Source: Patellaria atrata CBS 101060 (Eukaryota). Taken from it: a DNA stretch of 64,000 bases. The translations under genes and the position numbers were made by a program. The notes under the pieces were generated by a model. It was not told the DNA's origin and made no database searches. It was given only the letters and a program-made list of their open reading frames with translations. Positions 59,580-64,000 of the stretch are shown here, one piece after another. Location of the stretch: contig MU006089.1 of the NCBI GenBank assembly GCA_010093705.1, positions 229,570-293,569 on the forward strand. Reading direction: 5' to 3'. Position 1 is the stretch's first letter. Every line of letters starts with the position of its first letter.

Positions 59580-60056
59580 GGGAAAATATTGTTGGAACGG
59601 TAATTTACGTCTTTACTTTGTTTTGGTATAGGGCGGGCTTTTTTTCATCTTATACCTTGTATAATTACTCTTGGTGCGGTCCTGTGAAAGAAAAGTATGC
59701 ATCGCTGTACGTAAGGGTAGGGGCTGGGGTTCGTTAATACAATATTAGAAACTTCTCTTTAAGAACTAATGCACGAAATTATATTGATAAAGCAAAAGTA
59801 CAAGATAGCAGCATAGAATATTCTTTTGCTCCAGATATATAACTAGAACTATGCTAAAGCTTCAATTAAATCCATACAATCGTAAACCATAGGCGCAGAG
59901 AATTGCAAAGAACCTCATATATCGGGTAGTCGCAACGCCTCTCGCCCAGAAAGGAGTCAATTACACAGAGCAATGAAAAAGAATAGGCACGAGTGATAGT
60001 TACTCATATCGCATCAGCCAAGAAAGGGATCATGGAGAAGAGGTCTTCCGCCAGAT

Positions 60057-61048
60057 TTACATGAAATCGTCACTTTAATTGAGTTAGAATAACGCATACT
60101 CGAACGGACTACAGAAGACTTACTCTCCGAAGTCATCGTCAAAGGCTGTTGTATCTGCCTTGTAGGAGATGTCTCTGCTAGCCACGAGACTGTTTTTGGT
60201 TTTCGCAGCCTTCGTTTTCTTTCCGCCTTTCTCTGCCGCCTTCTCCTCCTTCATCTTTTCGTTCGATAGAGTCGTGAGGCCGCTAGCAATCTTCTTGATC
60301 TGTTCACTAGGGAGGTCTTTGCTTATTTGCTTTGTAAGTTCCTGGAGGAATAACACATAGGCGCCCTTCTTTGAGTTTTGTGAAATGAGCGGGACCAGTG
60401 TTTCCCGAAGCTTTGTAAATTGGTCCTTCGTATTGGGATCGAAGATCTTTAGTGCGGAGAGATCGAGAGTACTCGTTGGATCATTTGTGTCCTGTACTGT
60501 TACAGGCTTTACGCTCCGCGACTTTATTCCAGCGGCCCCACCGAAGAGATCTTCGGCGTGCTTGAGGTCGGCATCTTTTTCGGTTTGCCTTAGTCTCGCC
60601 CGCCTGGTTGCTTCGTCCTCTTCTTCCTCGCTGCTCTCTTCTTCCTCCAACTGCCTTCTCCTCATGTTTTCCATGCGCTTTTCTTCTATGCGTTGCGCGC
60701 GTGACTTGTGATTGGCCTTTGCCTCAGCCTCAGCTTTCGCTTTGGCCTCAGCGGCCTTCTTTGCTTTCTCGCGCTCTACCTCGGAGTCTTCTGCGGCATC
60801 CCATGATTCTAGGACCTGAAGTTGATGTTAGTGGACAATAAAAGCTTCCGGGACCGCGAAGACGCACGTCATCATCTTCCTCCTCGTCGTCGAACTTGCC
60901 ACGTCTAACAATTGGGGCAGGAGGGGAGGATGGAGGAGTGCTATCCTCCTCTTCATCATCTGTTACACATGGAGTATGGTTAGCACTCAGATATGCTTTA
61001 TGCGGCTATCGCGAAATGGGACGTCATACCCCACTTGGAGGGCGCCAT
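60057..61048 (-). CDS. HCR1: Translation initiation factor eIF3 subunit J; 3 introns
   Basis: MAPSKWDDEE...KFDDEE...VLESWDAAEDSE; EKDADLKHAEDLFG; LTTLSNEKMKEEK; ends DDFM*. Confidence 0.94.
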
Positions 61049-61950
61049 TGAGAGTGAGCGATCAGAACTTGATGCGAACGAAAGTGTGATCTGTAGATAA
61101 GCGTCGGTGGTTAGATTAGGGTTGGTGAATTCGGATTTGAAGGGCAACTGATATTATGTGTCTATGAAAGGGAGAGGTTTTGTGGAAAGAGAGAGAGGTT
61201 TAAAATTGTGGGTGGGGAGAAAATGTCCCCGCGGTTACCTCAGAACTAAAAGTTAGAGGTGGCTCGTTTGGCAGGGACCCGTGCCCGACGCATTCCGCAT
61301 GAACGCCCAACCACGTTATCATCTTTTCCATTGCATCTATAAAAAGAAAATACAAAACTATACTGTTCTATACCATCTGCTCCTCATAATCCATCTAGCC
61401 GTATCATAGTCGATATCGATTACAAAATAAAGCAAGGAGAGAGCTACGAAAGGTACAGAGCAGCGCCTTTGCTAAACCCTCTTCATTACATGCAAAAGCT
61501 ATCTTTTCTGGTCCAGGAAGTACATGTAGCCCAAAATGGCGAAGCTTGAGGTAGGAATCATGGTCAGGACCTTTCTCCCAATATATCAACTGTACAATTA
61601 CACTTTCTAGTAATTTATAGCGGAAAAGATCTGGAAATTTGGAAGGGAGCACGGGGGTAGCGCGATCACGTGTTTTGGCACGGGCCGAGTCGCGTCGCGG
61701 TAGACACTTTATGATAATCGTAAATTCCTCAACACTGTGAAAACTTTCCCAATTTATTTGACTTCCCCCTAACCGCCAGTCTCTTTGCCGTTTCAAATTG
61801 AATCTTTGCTTCACTGTATTTCTCAATGACTCTTTACAACGTAACGAAACCCCACATATCAAAACCGAGCTTCCAAGCGTTTCTTCTGTCAGGCAGCTCA
61901 AAGTTCCAATTTATCCTAAAATCATCATCCCGTTCACTCATGTGGGCACA

Positions 61951-63954
61951 ATGGTGAAATACGTCTCTATTCGATCTCGTCCATCCTCTCTTTCTCATAC
62001 CATATACGAAGCGCTCGTCAGCCGTGCTATCGAACACAAGCTCTCCGACCTCTTAACCCCCTCCGTTCTCCTTCCACTCCGCGCAAAAGCAGAACCCGCC
62101 GAAGTTACCCCGACGTTATTTAAGATTCTGAGGATCCAAGACAGAGGATGGTCGAAAGAAGACTGGCAAGCATGGATAGATAATCTGGGTGTGGTGGAGT
62201 GGAAAGATCTGATTGAGACCTTAGACCAGGGAGAGATCAAAGAATGGATTACGGGACCTGCGGATGATGAAGTGGATGAGGAAGGGATGGCGGAAGAGCA
62301 AGGTTGTTTGCTAGATTCCTTTGAAATTGGAAATCTTTTGCTCCAGAACTTGCGGAACGTCAACCAAGCGTTATTACATTGCCGGGCTATCTTTGAGTCC
62401 GAGCAAGATACAAAGGACATTTCTCGGGAGGAAATTGGCCAGGTTACCAGTGATATCGTAAAAGGACTCGACCTACTTGACGTTGCAGCTGCGTTCACTC
62501 GAGAAACGAGCAAGGCCCAAACGGAGGAGTCGGTATTTGAACATAAGTATCCTGATCCTGCGACAGAATCATCAGATCAACATGAGAAGAAGAGTTCGAA
62601 GAAGCGTAAACTGGATTCTAATACTAGCTCAAAACAATTACCTCCTCCCGATACAGATAGTTCAAGCAATCGAAATAGTATCGGAAGCAGACCGCAAGAA
62701 CTGTCGAAAAAGCTTAAAGAATCCTTGATTTCTACTAGAGTACGCAGCTATAGCCACAAACATAACTTCCTCGCCCAGCCTACCGTTCCTGTAAACGACG
62801 AGGACTATGAACTATACCTGAAGGATGTGTATAGGTTCGCGCGGCAAAGCGGCCTCAAGCGCAAACGCGCAATAGCATGCGTGATTGAAGCTGTTGAAGT
62901 GCTACCTGAAACGTTGAGATGTCATCAACAGCTTTTGTTTGCGTCTCCATCAACTGAATTGTTGGATGGGAATTTGGAAGAACCTCCAACTGAAGATCAA
63001 GAAATGCCACTTATAGTCTCTGACGCGGAGACAGAGATCAAAACCCGAGCGCCAATAGTTCGTGAAGGGCAATTATTGACGCCGGTGGCAAGTTTTTCGA
63101 GGCAATATCCGGTAGAATTACCACATCCAAAACTGGAAGCCCCAGCTCGAAAGAATGATAACCAAACTGAGAGCGCTAGTAATGGGAGAAAAAAGAAGTT
63201 CAAGAAGGCCAAAGACATGCAAACTACACCTCAATCGAGTTCGTTGCAAAACTCATCGAAACCAGCTACTCTTGATGAATTTGACAGCTCTGATAGACGG
63301 AGTAAATCACTCCGCAAGCGAGAGAGAAAACGTGACCGCAAAGCAAACCAGAACCACTCATTCACTAACAGCTTACTCTCTGACAACAAGCGATTCCCTC
63401 AAGGCACGGTGACACCTTCGCAACATTTTGTTTCCACTAGTCCCGCTACAGAGGTAACCTCAATACTACAAGCACGATCGCCATCCCTAGAATTGGGTAC
63501 ATCTTTCTCTCACATTGGGCCGTCCATAAAATCATTTGAAAAGAGGTCTTCTTTTATGAACCAGAGACTGAACCTTCCTGGAAGGAGAATTATTCCTGAG
63601 AGTCCGGAAATTGGAGATAGCATTACTGTGTATTCTAGATCAAAGCGAGAGCGTGTCGATAGGGAAAATAAATCTAACTCGCAAAAGCACCTATTCGACT
63701 CGATCGCACCACAGACAATGCCTGGATCTACGGGTAAAGGAAATGAAGTCGAGAACTTCCTTACCCCCAATGGAGAAGCAATCCCCTACGGACTTCCAAC
63801 TTCCGCACGAAGACGTGTCTCATTTGATATGATATCTCCAATGGAGCAGCATTTTCCAAGCCCAATGATTCGCCCAGCGAAGCCGGCGATGAGGATTGGC
63901 CCGAATGCGAACAATGGAGAGAAGAGGGACCCTCTAGGGGAGAAAAACATTTAA
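61951..63954 (+). CDS. Hypothetical protein (667 aa from the first ATG) with basic NLS-like tracts
   Basis: Long intronless ORF with a helical N-terminal part and a largely disordered Lys/Arg/Ser-rich C-terminus (KKSSKKRK, RKKKFKK, RKRERKRDRK). No family recognised. Confidence 0.75.
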   Translation: MVKYVSIRSRPSSLSHTIYEALVSRAIEHKLSDLLTPSVLLPLRAKAEPAEVTPTLFKILRIQDRGWSKEDWQAWIDNLGVVEWKDLIETLDQGEIKEWITGPADDEVDEEGMAEEQGCLLDSFEIGNLLLQNLRNVNQALLHCRAIFESEQDTKDISREEIGQVTSDIVKGLDLLDVAAAFTRETSKAQTEESVFEHKYPDPATESSDQHEKKSSKKRKLDSNTSSKQLPPPDTDSSSNRNSIGSRPQELSKKLKESLISTRVRSYSHKHNFLAQPTVPVNDEDYELYLKDVYRFARQSGLKRKRAIACVIEAVEVLPETLRCHQQLLFASPSTELLDGNLEEPPTEDQEMPLIVSDAETEIKTRAPIVREGQLLTPVASFSRQYPVELPHPKLEAPARKNDNQTESASNGRKKKFKKAKDMQTTPQSSSLQNSSKPATLDEFDSSDRRSKSLRKRERKRDRKANQNHSFTNSLLSDNKRFPQGTVTPSQHFVSTSPATEVTSILQARSPSLELGTSFSHIGPSIKSFEKRSSFMNQRLNLPGRRIIPESPEIGDSITVYSRSKRERVDRENKSNSQKHLFDSIAPQTMPGSTGKGNEVENFLTPNGEAIPYGLPTSARRRVSFDMISPMEQHFPSPMIRPAKPAMRIGPNANNGEKRDPLGEKNI

Positions 63955-64000
63955 CACACTCTACTAATGATCATGAATCGGGAGCTGCGGCGGACTCGCA

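Noticed and set aside
1..64000. tRNA, rRNA, CRISPR arrays, telomeric repeats, secondary-metabolite backbone genes
   Set aside because: None was recognised by eye. A tRNAscan-SE or Rfam scan would be needed to exclude small RNA genes.

Overview
Gene-dense euchromatic window from a filamentous ascomycete (Pezizomycotina; inferred from short GT-AG introns with CTRAY branch points and from the gene families present). Most of it is conserved housekeeping genes: MSH3, mitochondrial MetRS, RPL11, SmB, MPC1, ADE16/17, an SOD-fold mitoribosomal protein, IRE1, CCT2, SAD1, COQ10, TRM140, ERG12, ATG1, an MFS transporter, a class-3 lipase and eIF3j. Several secreted, membrane or orphan genes lie between them. 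The most unusual part is 1-1318. It is the right-hand end of an apparently intact hAT DNA transposon, with the transposase dimerisation domain, subterminal AATAC repeats and a CAG-starting terminus. Between the transposase stop and the terminus sits a second, convergently transcribed 188-aa gene of unknown function. That gene has its own TATA box, CT-rich leader and a predicted 5'-UTR intron. The element carries eight CGTACG palindromes and ends about 100 bp upstream of the MSH3 start codon. Other notable items: a HIRAN-SNF2-RING (Rad5/HLTF-like) gene with three frameshifts and a changed Walker B motif; a tiny prepro-peptide gene with a Kex2-type site; a 15-intron ADE16/17 gene with a 5-nt micro-exon; a uORF in the ATG1 leader; and a hairpin-dense intergenic segment. 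All exon models were read by eye and no database searches were run.
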